Origin: Longimicrobiales bacterium
GTDB taxonomy: Bacteria > Gemmatimonadota > Gemmatimonadetes > Longimicrobiales > Gaopeijiaceae
Direction: 5' to 3'
Length of the DNA stretch: 64,000 nt
Assembly (NCBI GenBank): GCA_965248195.1
Contig: CBDFIQ010000001.1
Location: 128,001 to 192,000 of the forward strand
The first letter of the stretch is position 1. Every line of letters begins with the position of its first letter. The translations under genes and the position numbers were made by a program. This document shows, one piece after another, positions 55,723 to 64,000 of the stretch. Below the pieces are notes generated by a model. It saw only the letters and a program-made list of their open reading frames with translations, was not told where the DNA came from and made no database searches.

Positions 55723-56873
55723 TACGCGGAGGCCGGGAACGAAAAGCGGATGAAGGGCTGGAAACCTATATCGCGGACGATACGATTATCGACCGCATCC
55801 TCCAGAGGAAAAGTAGGGGGAGGCAGCCCGCCAGGAAGGTCGATTTAAGAGGGGTTCTCAGGGAAATCCTGCTGAGGGCGAACGAATTCGTCCCTTCCGA
55901 TTCCGGCTCTATTCTCCTCGACGACCCTCTCCTGAAATGGGACGAGGATCAAAAGGGGAAACTTTATTTTCTGGCCTGCTTCGGGGCCGGCTCGTCGGCG
56001 CTTGCGGGCACCCACCTTCCTGACGATGTGGGGATCGCTGGGGCCACCTATCAAAGCGGTATGCCTTATCTCAGCAAAGACGTCTCGAGAGACGACAAAT
56101 TCTACGACGTAATCGACAAACAGACCCAATACGAATCGAAGTCGATTCTCGCCATGCCGATCAAGATCGACGACTCGGTCGTCGGCATTATCGAACTGAT
56201 CAACAGGAAGGAAAAGGTCAATTATGACGACAGGGACCTCTCCATCCTCGAAATTTTTGCGAGCTATACTTCCACACTCATCAAGAATGCGCTCGACGCG
56301 AGACGCTTTGAGGACCTGTCCAAAGAGGACAATCTGACGGGCCTCTACAACGATCGGTATTTCCATGAAAGACTGGACATGGAAACGCAAAAAGCGATCG
56401 ATGAGGGGGGCGACCTCTCGTTGATATTTTTCGACCTCGATCACTTCAAGGAAGTGAACGATACGCACGGGCACCTCATAGGAAGCCAGGTGCTCAAGGA
56501 GGTGGCCATCATCGTAGAGGAGGTGTTTCTCGATTCAGGCGCGGCGTTGGCCAGGTACGGCGGGGATGAATTCGTGATTCTCATGCCGGGATACCCACTC
56601 GAAAAAAGTAACGACTATGGTGAAACGCTGCGGGAGGCCATTGAAAGGAATGTTTTTGTCAGGGAAGGGCCTTCCCCGGGAGAACCGCCCCTGAATATCG
56701 AAGGGGTGATTACCTGCAGTGTGGGGATCGCCTCTTTGGAGAAAGAGGAGGGGAAAGAGCTGAAGAAAATGAAGGAGGCTCTCATCCGTGCGGCAGACAG
56801 CGCCATGTACCGAGCAAAAGACCTCGGGAAAAACCGGGTCTCCCTCGATAAAGACTTGGAACCGTCCGGCTAA
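55719..56873 (+). CDS. GAF + GGDEF diguanylate cyclase
   Basis: GAF motifs GIAG, SILAMP, GIIELIN; DNLTGLYN; DLDHFKEVND; RYGGDEF; ADSAMYRAK. GTG 55719 overlaps the MBL stop. Confidence 0.92.
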   Translation: MIRGGRERKADEGLETYIADDTIIDRILQRKSRGRQPARKVDLRGVLREILLRANEFVPSDSGSILLDDPLLKWDEDQKGKLYFLACFGAGSSALAGTHLPDDVGIAGATYQSGMPYLSKDVSRDDKFYDVIDKQTQYESKSILAMPIKIDDSVVGIIELINRKEKVNYDDRDLSILEIFASYTSTLIKNALDARRFEDLSKEDNLTGLYNDRYFHERLDMETQKAIDEGGDLSLIFFDLDHFKEVNDTHGHLIGSQVLKEVAIIVEEVFLDSGAALARYGGDEFVILMPGYPLEKSNDYGETLREAIERNVFVREGPSPGEPPLNIEGVITCSVGIASLEKEEGKELKKMKEALIRAADSAMYRAKDLGKNRVSLDKDLEPSG

Positions 56874-56915
56874 CCCCGTTTTGAAACCTGTCTCGTAGCT
56901 CTAGCAGCCTCGGAT

Positions 56916-57341
56916 ATGCGTGAGCGGAAGTCGACGGCAACGTCAGGTTGGGTATTCGCGGATGGTTTTGTCGCCATCACCATCCTGTCGGTAGGAGCCT
57001 TCGTCGTTGTCTCACTTTCCGCCGGTGTCGGTCCTCCGTTCCTTACGACTGCCCTCAGCTACCTGGGTTCTTGTCTCGTAGCGTTTCTTCCGATCCTCGG
57101 CGTCTTTGTTACCGTGGTTCTCGCGAAGGGGGGCGAAGAGCCAGACTTCTCACCGCTCGTGTTTATAATCATGTACGTGGGGCCGGCGATCCTCGGAGCT
57201 GGCGTCTACTACATGATTCATTACATGGTGGGAGTGCAGTTCCTTGTATTCTTGAGCGAATTGCTGGGTGGCTTCGTCGTCTTCGGCGGCGGATGGATGG
57301 TGTTGGTCACTATTATGGAGCGCCGACGGGAGCCTAAGTAA
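56916..57341 (+). CDS. Four-TM hypothetical membrane protein
   Basis: 141-aa ORF with four hydrophobic segments. Confidence 0.6.
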   Translation: MRERKSTATSGWVFADGFVAITILSVGAFVVVSLSAGVGPPFLTTALSYLGSCLVAFLPILGVFVTVVLAKGGEEPDFSPLVFIIMYVGPAILGAGVYYMIHYMVGVQFLVFLSELLGGFVVFGGGWMVLVTIMERRREPK

Positions 57342-57395
57342 GGAGATCCGTTAGGCAGTCCGAATAGATAGGAGGATCAGATGGCGTTTCTGGGT

Positions 57396-58771
57396 GGTCA
57401 AGTCCCGATTTGTGTGTAAAAGCGGAGGAAGCTCCTCGCCTTCGGCTAGGCTGCTTGGGCGACCTCCTGTTTCTGGAGGAGTGAGAGGTCGAGGTAACGC
57501 CGGTCGCCCCAGACGTGTGTGGTCCTGAGTGCGACGGCCGTGATGAGCCTGAGGGCGCTGGCCCGGTCCGGGAAGGCGCCGGCGGCCTTGATCCTGCGTT
57601 TGATCTCGCCGTGCAGCCGCTCGAGGCTGTTGGTGGTACGCAGCCGGGGCCAGTGCGCCTCGGGGAACGCGTAGAACTGCGTCGCTGCCCCGAAGCCCCG
57701 CTCCAGGACCTCCACGGCCTCGGGCAGCTCCTTCTTCCAGCGTGCGCCGAACTCGCCCAGGAGCTTCTTCGCCTCGGCGAGTCCGGATGTCTGGAAGATC
57801 ACCGAGACCTCACGCGCCACGCGCTTGCGTAGGCGGTGGGGGACCCTCGCCCCCACATTACGCTGCAGATGGACCGTACACCTCTGACGGCGTGCCTCGG
57901 GCAGGAAGCGGCGGACCGCAGCTGCCAGGCCTGCGTGCTCATCGGCGATCACGAGCTCGACACCGCCGAGGCCGCGGTCCTGGAGTTGCTCGAGGAGCTC
58001 CGACCAGCTCTGCTGCGACTCCTCAGCGCCCAGCGTGACGGCCAGGAGCCGTCGGTGACCCTCAGGGCCCACTGCATACGCCACGAGCGCACTCACGTTC
58101 TCGACTTTGCGGGCCCAGCGGGCGTCCAAGAACGTGGCGTCCAGGTACAGATAGGGGTGAGGCCCCTCGATCGGCGCACGGCGCAGCCCTTCCACGGCCT
58201 CGTCGAGCCGTTTTGCCACACGACTCACCGTCGAGCGCCCAACACGCTCGCCCATCAGCGCCTCGGTGACGTCGCCCATCTTGCGCTGTGACACGCCGCT
58301 CACATACGCCTCGACCATCATCTCGTCGAGCTCGGGGCTCCTGCGCTGGTAGCGGCCGATCACGTCGGCCGGCGAACCGTTGTCCCGGCTCCGGGGCATG
58401 GCGACCTCGATCTGCCCCAGGCTCGTCAGCAGCCGCCTCAGGTATGTGCCGTTCCTATGGTCCTTCCGGCTTCCCACCCGCTCGAAGCGGCGTGCACCTA
58501 CCATGGCCTTCAGCTCCTCTTCCAGCACCATCTCGAGCGTCAGCCGGATCGCGCCTTGAAACAGCTCGCGCAAATCATCGCGTAGCTCGTCTTGCGTGGC
58601 CCGACCGATCTCCACAATCTCTTGCATCGGAAGCTCCTCTCCGGTTCCGAGCCTGCTCTGCAGACCCGGACTCCCGGGTTCATGTGACAGTGAACAACAA
58701 CAGAGGAGCTTCCGTTTTTCTTTCCCTCCTGTCCAGCTTATCCGCTTTTACACAAATCTAGGGACACTACC
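57396..58771 (-). mobile_element. IS256-family insertion sequence (1376 bp) with 8-bp TSD TTCTGGGT
   Basis: Imperfect TIRs GGTCAAGTCCCGATTTGTGTGTAAAAGCGGA and GGTAGTGTCCCTAGATTTGTGTAAAAGCGGA; TTCTGGGT at 57388-57395 and 58772-58779. Confidence 0.95.
57446..58627 (-). CDS. IS256-family (Mutator-like) DDE transposase
   Basis: RNG; YLYLDA; VIADEH; QRCTVH; RTTNSLERLHGEIKRR. Confidence 0.96.
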   Translation of the reverse strand: MQEIVEIGRATQDELRDDLRELFQGAIRLTLEMVLEEELKAMVGARRFERVGSRKDHRNGTYLRRLLTSLGQIEVAMPRSRDNGSPADVIGRYQRRSPELDEMMVEAYVSGVSQRKMGDVTEALMGERVGRSTVSRVAKRLDEAVEGLRRAPIEGPHPYLYLDATFLDARWARKVENVSALVAYAVGPEGHRRLLAVTLGAEESQQSWSELLEQLQDRGLGGVELVIADEHAGLAAAVRRFLPEARRQRCTVHLQRNVGARVPHRLRKRVAREVSVIFQTSGLAEAKKLLGEFGARWKKELPEAVEVLERGFGAATQFYAFPEAHWPRLRTTNSLERLHGEIKRRIKAAGAFPDRASALRLITAVALRTTHVWGDRRYLDLSLLQKQEVAQAA

Positions 58772-59152
58772 TTCTGGGTTGGCTCGGCGCGCTGGTGGTG
58801 CTGCTCGTCGGGGCGCTCATACTGAACGGCGTAAGCCAGTCGCTCGAAGGCCGGGACTCGATCTTCATCCACTACGGATGGGTCGCGCTGATCCTCCTGG
58901 TCGGGGGCGCCCTCTTCCCGTTCTGGGGATGGACGTCGACGGGCTGGGTTCTCGGTGTGGCGGCGGCATGGAGCATCGTGCCGCCCCTTGCGGGCCGACT
59001 CCGGGGCGGCGGGGCGCCCTCCGGATACATTTATCACGGCGACCCGCACGGCAGCGGCGACGCCGAGGACAGTGCTAGGCCGGATGATGACCCGTAAGAC
59101 CACTCCCACCGGACTACCCCCTCGCCAGCCATCTCACGGAGAGTTCGGGGAA

Positions 59153-59230
59153 GCCACGGCCGGAGGCGATCTGACGGTCTACGTCGACGTTGCCTCGCGG
59201 AGGGTGGTGGCCGTTTGGCTGGGCGAATGA
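59153..59230 (+). pseudogene. Orphan 3' fragment homologous to the gene at 11224..11526
   Basis: ATAGGDLTVYVDVASRRVVAVWLGE* versus ATAGRDLTVYVHVPSRRVVAYWLGE* (21/25 aa identical, same stop position). Confidence 0.75.
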
Positions 59231-59774
59231 CCAGCCGCCGAGAACCGCGAGGGGCAGTGACCCTTTTCCATCTTCTTGGTCTGATCGGCGCGGTCGTGGT
59301 AGCTGCGATCGGTTAGAAGGTCGGCGCCTGCTCGGAGTCGTGCTCGGCGTCCCGACCGGATTCCTCGTCGGAGTCTTTGGTCTGGTGGGGCTTGGGCTGA
59401 CCGTGGCGTGGCTCGAGACTCGCCGCGACCAGCTAGCTCTGCGCAGCTCATTCGGCCCGTATTGGCGGGCCGAATACCGCACAGATTGGGAGGAGCTCAA
59501 GGCGTCGCTTCGCCCTGGCACCGTTGTGAATGGAGTTGTGGTCAAAGTGCGATATCACGGCGCTTTCCTTGATCTCGGGGAAGGATTTCCGGGGATTATC
59601 CAGGCCTACCACCTCGTGACTGAAGGTTCCGAGCTGCCGTCCGTCGGTGAGAACGTTCGCGCATGGGTGAAGGAGCATGATGACGACCTTCGGGCGGTAG
59701 TGCTCACGATGAGCGAACGGTCGCTCTCAGGACTCGCTGACGTCCGACCCCCGGATGCTCAGGATCAGCTTTGA
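59190..59774 (+). CDS. TM helix + S1 (OB-fold) domain protein; start uncertain, possibly truncated
   Basis: WEELKASLRPGTVVNGVVVKVRYHGAFLDLG...VGENVRAWV is an S1 pattern; the first ~45 codons look non-coding. Confidence 0.65.
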   Translation: MPRGGWWPFGWANDQPPRTARGSDPFPSSWSDRRGRGSCDRLEGRRLLGVVLGVPTGFLVGVFGLVGLGLTVAWLETRRDQLALRSSFGPYWRAEYRTDWEELKASLRPGTVVNGVVVKVRYHGAFLDLGEGFPGIIQAYHLVTEGSELPSVGENVRAWVKEHDDDLRAVVLTMSERSLSGLADVRPPDAQDQL

Positions 59775-60133
59775 GGTGCAAGGCTCAGTTCGCTGCAACC
59801 GCCAATACGCTCTGCCAGTTCGTGACGACCCGGAGCATCGATACCGGCGGTTCCTCCAAGAGGAAGCGTGGAAAACAATGCCCGGGATGCGGAAACATTT
59901 CCGGCGAATGCCGTTTCGCCTCCGGCGGTTTCCTTTCCGTAACTCGATCCTACTCCTGGCATGGCCATTGCACGAGTTCTGCTATGGAAAGGTCCGTGCG
60001 CGGAGAGGGACATGAGGTCTCCGCTGAGGATTCGGGCTATGGCGCATGGGAGCGGACGCGCCGGAACACGAGTGGAGCGGTAGGCAAAAAGCAGTGATCT
60101 CCGGCGTTTCGCGAAAAATGCACGGAGATCGAT

Positions 60134-61642
60134 ATGAGACGAATATGGCTTACGGAAGGCAGGGGGCGACTACTTGCCCTCACGCTGGCCGCCGCGTCGA
60201 TCCTCCCTTTCACCGCTGCCTCGGCAGCCGTGGGCGCATCACCTTCAGCCAGCGTCGTCGACGCACACCAGCTCGAGATCGAGGGCACCGCAACGGCCCT
60301 ACAGCTCGGCAACGCCTTCGCAGCGGTGGCCGACGCCGTTCGGCCCGCCGTCGTCTTCATCATGGTCGAGACGGTGACTACGGGCCTCCGGATGCCGCCG
60401 GCCATGCCGACAAGTCTGCGGGGTGCCTTCGCCGGCGCCTTTCCCCGCGCCACAACGTCCAGCGGAACCGGATTCATCGTCCTTTCAAACGGCTACATCG
60501 TCACCAATCATCACGTCATCGACGGCGCACGTCGCGTTCTCGTCCGTCTCTTCGACGGTCGTGAGTACGAAGCCGAGATCGTCGGGGAGGACGCCCTGAG
60601 CGACATCGCGGTCCTGCGGATCGACGAGACGAATCTGCCGACGGCGTCCCTGGGGGACTCCGACCAGATTCGGGTGGGCGAGTGGGTCCTGGCCATCGGC
60701 AACCCCATGGGCAACGCGCTGATGTTCAGCGTGACGGCGGGGATCGTGAGCGCGACCGACCGCTCCATGGGCCCGGGCTCGGTGGAGGAGTTCATCCAGA
60801 CCGACGCCGTGGCCAACCGCGGCAACTCGGGGGGCCCGCTTGTGGACCTTCACGGACGCATCATCGGCATGAACTCCGCCATCCTGAGCTGGTCCGGATA
60901 TTACCAGGGGTACACCTTGGCCATCCCGGCCAACCTGATCCTCCCGGTGATATCGGAGCTGATCGAGCGGGGACATGTCACACGGGGCGTCCTGGGCGCC
61001 ACCACCTTGCTAGCGACCGCGGAGGACGCTCTCGCGGTCGGCCTCGACACGGTCTGTGGCGTCGTGGTGCAGGACGTGGGGGACGAGAACAGCCCGGCGT
61101 ACCTCTCCGGACTCCGACCGGGCGACGTGATCGTCGAATTAGACGGCCGCCTCGTGATGTCCGCGGCCCAGCTGCAACGGAGCGTCTGGTTCAAGGCACC
61201 AGGAGACAGCGTGGTCCTGAGGGTGCACCGGGAAGACGGCATCCGCGCGACCGTGACGGTGTATCTGGGCGCCGAGAAAACCGACGATCGTACGGCTTCC
61301 GCTCGGGCGGAGCACCACCAGCGTGATGTGGAGGTGCCGTGCGCGAACAACCCACTGGGTGTCTGCCTGGTAGCGTTCGAGAAGGCGTTCCGCCTGCCGA
61401 GGGATGTCATCGACCTGAAGGACGCCGGACTCGTGGTCACGGGCGTCCAACCGGCCGGCCCGTCCTATGGCAAGATCTTCGCCGACTACGACATCATCAC
61501 CCACGTGAACGACGTGCGCGTGCGCTCCGAGCGTGAGCTTGAGGACGCACTGCGCGACGCTGCTGAGGGTGACATCGTGTCCGTCCAGACCTACCGCCTC
61601 CGCTCGGAGAAAACCGGCTTCGCCCGAATCCGGATTCGTTGA
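60134..61642 (+). CDS. HtrA/DegP-family serine protease with two PDZ domains
   Basis: GGAG RBS; signal peptide; TNHHV, DIAVL, GNSGGPL; GLRPGDVI; DIITHVN. Confidence 0.93.
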   Translation: MRRIWLTEGRGRLLALTLAAASILPFTAASAAVGASPSASVVDAHQLEIEGTATALQLGNAFAAVADAVRPAVVFIMVETVTTGLRMPPAMPTSLRGAFAGAFPRATTSSGTGFIVLSNGYIVTNHHVIDGARRVLVRLFDGREYEAEIVGEDALSDIAVLRIDETNLPTASLGDSDQIRVGEWVLAIGNPMGNALMFSVTAGIVSATDRSMGPGSVEEFIQTDAVANRGNSGGPLVDLHGRIIGMNSAILSWSGYYQGYTLAIPANLILPVISELIERGHVTRGVLGATTLLATAEDALAVGLDTVCGVVVQDVGDENSPAYLSGLRPGDVIVELDGRLVMSAAQLQRSVWFKAPGDSVVLRVHREDGIRATVTVYLGAEKTDDRTASARAEHHQRDVEVPCANNPLGVCLVAFEKAFRLPRDVIDLKDAGLVVTGVQPAGPSYGKIFADYDIITHVNDVRVRSERELEDALRDAAEGDIVSVQTYRLRSEKTGFARIRIR

Positions 61643-61663
61643 GGCGCACCTAGGGTAGTCCAA

Positions 61664-62050
61664 CTAGGGGAAGTTCGGGTTGGGCGCCATCGAGACGAGT
61701 ACCACGAGCTGCCCATCGCTGCGGTTTTCCACGCCGTGCGCTTCATCGGGCACGGACCAAGCGAGGTGGCCGGGCCCGACGGTGCGCGTGGCATCCCCGA
61801 CGGTGAAGGTGCCCTCGCCCTCGATCACGTAGTAGAACTTCGTGGCTCCGGCGTGTGCGTGCAGCTTCTGCGCCTGGCCTGGCTCGAGGCAGTACACATC
61901 ACAAAACATCTGTGGCGTCTCGAACAGGTTCACCTTCTGCATCTTATCCGCCGCGAAGCGACGGAAGGCGCTCGTGTCCAGGAATCCCATGAGTGCAGTG
62001 TAGCGCCCCGAGGAAGACGTCGCACGGATCTGGGTCCCGACCAGGCTCAT
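61664..62050 (-). CDS. Cupin domain protein
   Basis: LHAH..YYVIEGEG..AHGVEN. Start at 62050 (coupled to DUF309 gene) or 61990. Confidence 0.85.
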   Translation of the reverse strand: MSLVGTQIRATSSSGRYTALMGFLDTSAFRRFAADKMQKVNLFETPQMFCDVYCLEPGQAQKLHAHAGATKFYYVIEGEGTFTVGDATRTVGPGHLAWSVPDEAHGVENRSDGQLVVLVSMAPNPNFP

Positions 62051-62529
62051 GGGGTAGGTTCTCTTCCCCCCCGCCGGAGCTCTGGCTCGTCCCCGCGCAC
62101 GAGCCGTGTGTCGAGCTCGAGGCGAGGCACGTCGGCGACTCCCAGCCACGAGCGCGGGTCCTCGTCCCGGCGACGTTCGACGAGCTCGCGGCAGCGAGCC
62201 GCGTGGGCGAGCACGGCGTCGACGTCGACACCCAGGTAGTATGGCCGGTACCCGGCCAGCTTCCGCTCTGCCTTCTCGAGCTGCGCGCCGACGCCGCGTG
62301 CGTTGCCCCTCTGGGCGTGTACGAACGCGCTGGCGTAGAGGATCAAGCCCTGGTAGAAGTCGCTCCCCTCCTCGCGCCATGGGCCCTCGAGCACCTCGTG
62401 GCTCTCCCAGTACTCCCGCGCATTGAAGAGCTCGAGAAAGCGGTGCAGCGCCTGAGGAAGGTCCTGGCGGTCAGGGCCGCCGCCCTTCGTTTCAGGGTCT
62501 GGCGGTGTCGGGCCTCGTCGACGACGCAT
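62047..62529 (-). CDS. DUF309 domain protein
   Basis: LFNAREYWESHEVLEGPW...FYQGLI...H...GN; start uncertain. Confidence 0.85.
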   Translation of the reverse strand: MRRRRGPTPPDPETKGGGPDRQDLPQALHRFLELFNAREYWESHEVLEGPWREEGSDFYQGLILYASAFVHAQRGNARGVGAQLEKAERKLAGYRPYYLGVDVDAVLAHAARCRELVERRRDEDPRSWLGVADVPRLELDTRLVRGDEPELRRGGREPTP

Positions 62530-62573
62530 AGCAACACATCTCGACCAGCGGATTGGTCAGCAGCGTGGGAGGT

Positions 62574-63740
62574 CTAGGGAACCACGAACCGTCTGCTGCT
62601 TCCCCCAGTGGCGTTGTCCTGGGTGGCTGGATCGGGACCGCGGCCTTCGGCGAATGCCCTCTCCACCGCCCGCGTGTTCACGAGCAGACCGGTCATCCCA
62701 TAATTACCCTCATGACAGCCTCCCTCATACACTTGATTCGCCTCATCACTGTTCTTCGTCAGCTCTTGCAGGATGGTCCAGGGTCGCGTCCACGTCCTGG
62801 GATCTTCAATCGTAATTTCGACCGAGAGCGTAGTATCATCGACACGCCGATAGCGTTCGATGAGATGCAAGTTCTCCCGGGAGCCTCGAAAGCTAGTCTT
62901 CTCGGTGAAATTAGTGATCTCGACGACCAGCGTATTACCCTCCCATCGGCCACGCGCGTCGCCGTGGCGCAGCCGAATGTGCTCTGGCAATGACGGACGA
63001 TCCGTGATAGGAATGCTCCGGCTGAATCCCTGTCCCTGGCCGACGTCATAGTAGATCCCGACGATCCCAGGAGACTGCACGACCCGCATCACCCCGCCGA
63101 ACGTTCCGGACTGGAGCACGAGTGGCAGGCTGTTTCCGAAACAGCGCTCCGCACTGCTGCGGTCTTCCGGGCCGTCGGAGCGGTTCAAGCGATCCAAGTT
63201 GTAGTCGGGAGAAGGCTCCGCTCTCCTCGGTGACACAGGTCCCGGCCTCCCCCCCGAGGTGCCTTGCAGAAGGGCGCCCAGATACTCTCGTTTGGTGGCT
63301 CTCCTCTGCTCGGCCTCTTGCGCCAAAGGCGGAATTCTCCCGTCCGGAGGATCGATCACCTGCGATGTCCGCTTGCCCCGAACCAAGGATGGGTCGCCGA
63401 ACCAGTGCTCGTTGTAAGCCTGGGCGACGTCCGCTTCACTCCCCGCCTGGTCGCGGGCGTCACGACCGAGACCCTGAGATATGTCGAAGAGTGCTCGTTC
63501 GGCTGCCGCGATTTCCTCTTCGGTCAGAAACTCCCTCGTGCCATACTCTTCGGCGCGCTCCAGGGGCGTCACGGCCGCATTGTTCCAGATCCCCTGGAGG
63601 TCCGGCTCACCCCACGGCGTGCGGAGCGAGGACGCCAGTTGGGCCTGCTGAGACGCCACCGACACGAGCCCTAACAACACGAACATGATCACGACAGCCA
63701 GCGCGCTCGCTAACGCAAACTCCTGATCCCTCATCGTCAT
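62574..63740 (-). CDS. Conserved secreted hypothetical protein (PDLQGxW...CHEGN family), copy 2
   Basis: RTPWGEPDLQGIW, ERC, GDARGRWEG, VEITNF, EGGCHEGNY; ATGA coupling to the upstream gene. Confidence 0.8.
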   Translation of the reverse strand: MTMRDQEFALASALAVVIMFVLLGLVSVASQQAQLASSLRTPWGEPDLQGIWNNAAVTPLERAEEYGTREFLTEEEIAAAERALFDISQGLGRDARDQAGSEADVAQAYNEHWFGDPSLVRGKRTSQVIDPPDGRIPPLAQEAEQRRATKREYLGALLQGTSGGRPGPVSPRRAEPSPDYNLDRLNRSDGPEDRSSAERCFGNSLPLVLQSGTFGGVMRVVQSPGIVGIYYDVGQGQGFSRSIPITDRPSLPEHIRLRHGDARGRWEGNTLVVEITNFTEKTSFRGSRENLHLIERYRRVDDTTLSVEITIEDPRTWTRPWTILQELTKNSDEANQVYEGGCHEGNYGMTGLLVNTRAVERAFAEGRGPDPATQDNATGGSSRRFVVP

Positions 63741-64000
63741 CGGGGGGCACCGGTACCGGACGAACCGACGAACAATGTGCGTCCATCAGGCAGCGTGATA
63801 TCCCTCCCGTTTGCTCTCCGCGACCCGTCCTTGGCCTGATAACCATCAATGACGATTTCTGTTCCTGGTGGCAGTGACTGCCTCGTGATGCCTCGTCTAA
63901 ACAGCACGTTCGGCGTCCCTGCTTCGATGGCCCACTCCTCGACTGTGCCGTTCGGCTGCTGCACTTCCACGTGGATCCAAGCGTGAGGATTGACCCACTG
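63737..64000 (-). CDS. DUF6152-like small secreted protein (5' end outside the window)
   Basis: QWVNPHAWIHVEV...WAIEAG.PN.L.RRG...GYQAKDG...LPDGR; frame open to the window edge. Confidence 0.75.
   Translation of the reverse strand, partial: QWVNPHAWIHVEVQQPNGTVEEWAIEAGTPNVLFRRGITRQSLPPGTEIVIDGYQAKDGSRRANGRDITLPDGRTLFVGSSGTGAPR

Larger units (their letters stand above)
57381..59097 (+). pseudogene. Membrane-protein gene (~110 aa) interrupted by IS256 after codon 5
   Basis: GGAGG RBS + ATGGCGTTTCTGGGT before the IS joins in frame to TGGCTCGGC... after the TSD, giving MAFLGWLGALVVLLVG...DDDP*. Confidence 0.8.

Noticed and set aside
57332..57355. Integron attC site
   Set aside because: Too short, no L boxes, R'' is GCCTAAG rather than RYYYAAC, and no intI; kept only as a weak hint.
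59755..60097. Small ORFs including one with CPGC
   Set aside because: No convincing RBS or family motif; overlapping alternatives are equally weak.

Overview
GC-rich bacterial window; the gene families suggest Gemmatimonadota or a similar lineage (inference). It is dominated by secreted or periplasmic enzymes: three PQQ dehydrogenases, three CBM9/DUF5916 proteins, two NHL/PAL-like propellers, PhoX, a cytochrome c-Vgb fusion, a cytochrome c-copper monooxygenase fusion with a partner gene, a Tat flavoprotein and several hydrolases. It also carries cyclic-nucleotide signalling genes (two class III cyclases, CHASE2-HD-GYP, GAF-GGDEF), trkA/trkH, HtrA and a 988-aa coiled-coil protein. Many intergenic spaces hold gene relics and repeats. 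Highlights: (1) a TIR/NB-ARC/APAF1-like NLR gene split by a G21 tract, where G20 would give a single ~962-aa protein ending in an unusual domain; (2) a heme c-fused PHM/DBH-type copper monooxygenase plus a PAL-like lyase; (3) an intact IS256 with an 8-bp TSD disrupting a membrane-protein gene; (4) a three-copy 37-bp intergenic motif and related 20-bp tandem arrays; (5) an in-frame fusion of an outer-membrane barrel to a cyclase-TPR protein. No rRNA, tRNA or CRISPR array was recognised. All family calls come from motif recognition by eye, not database searches.
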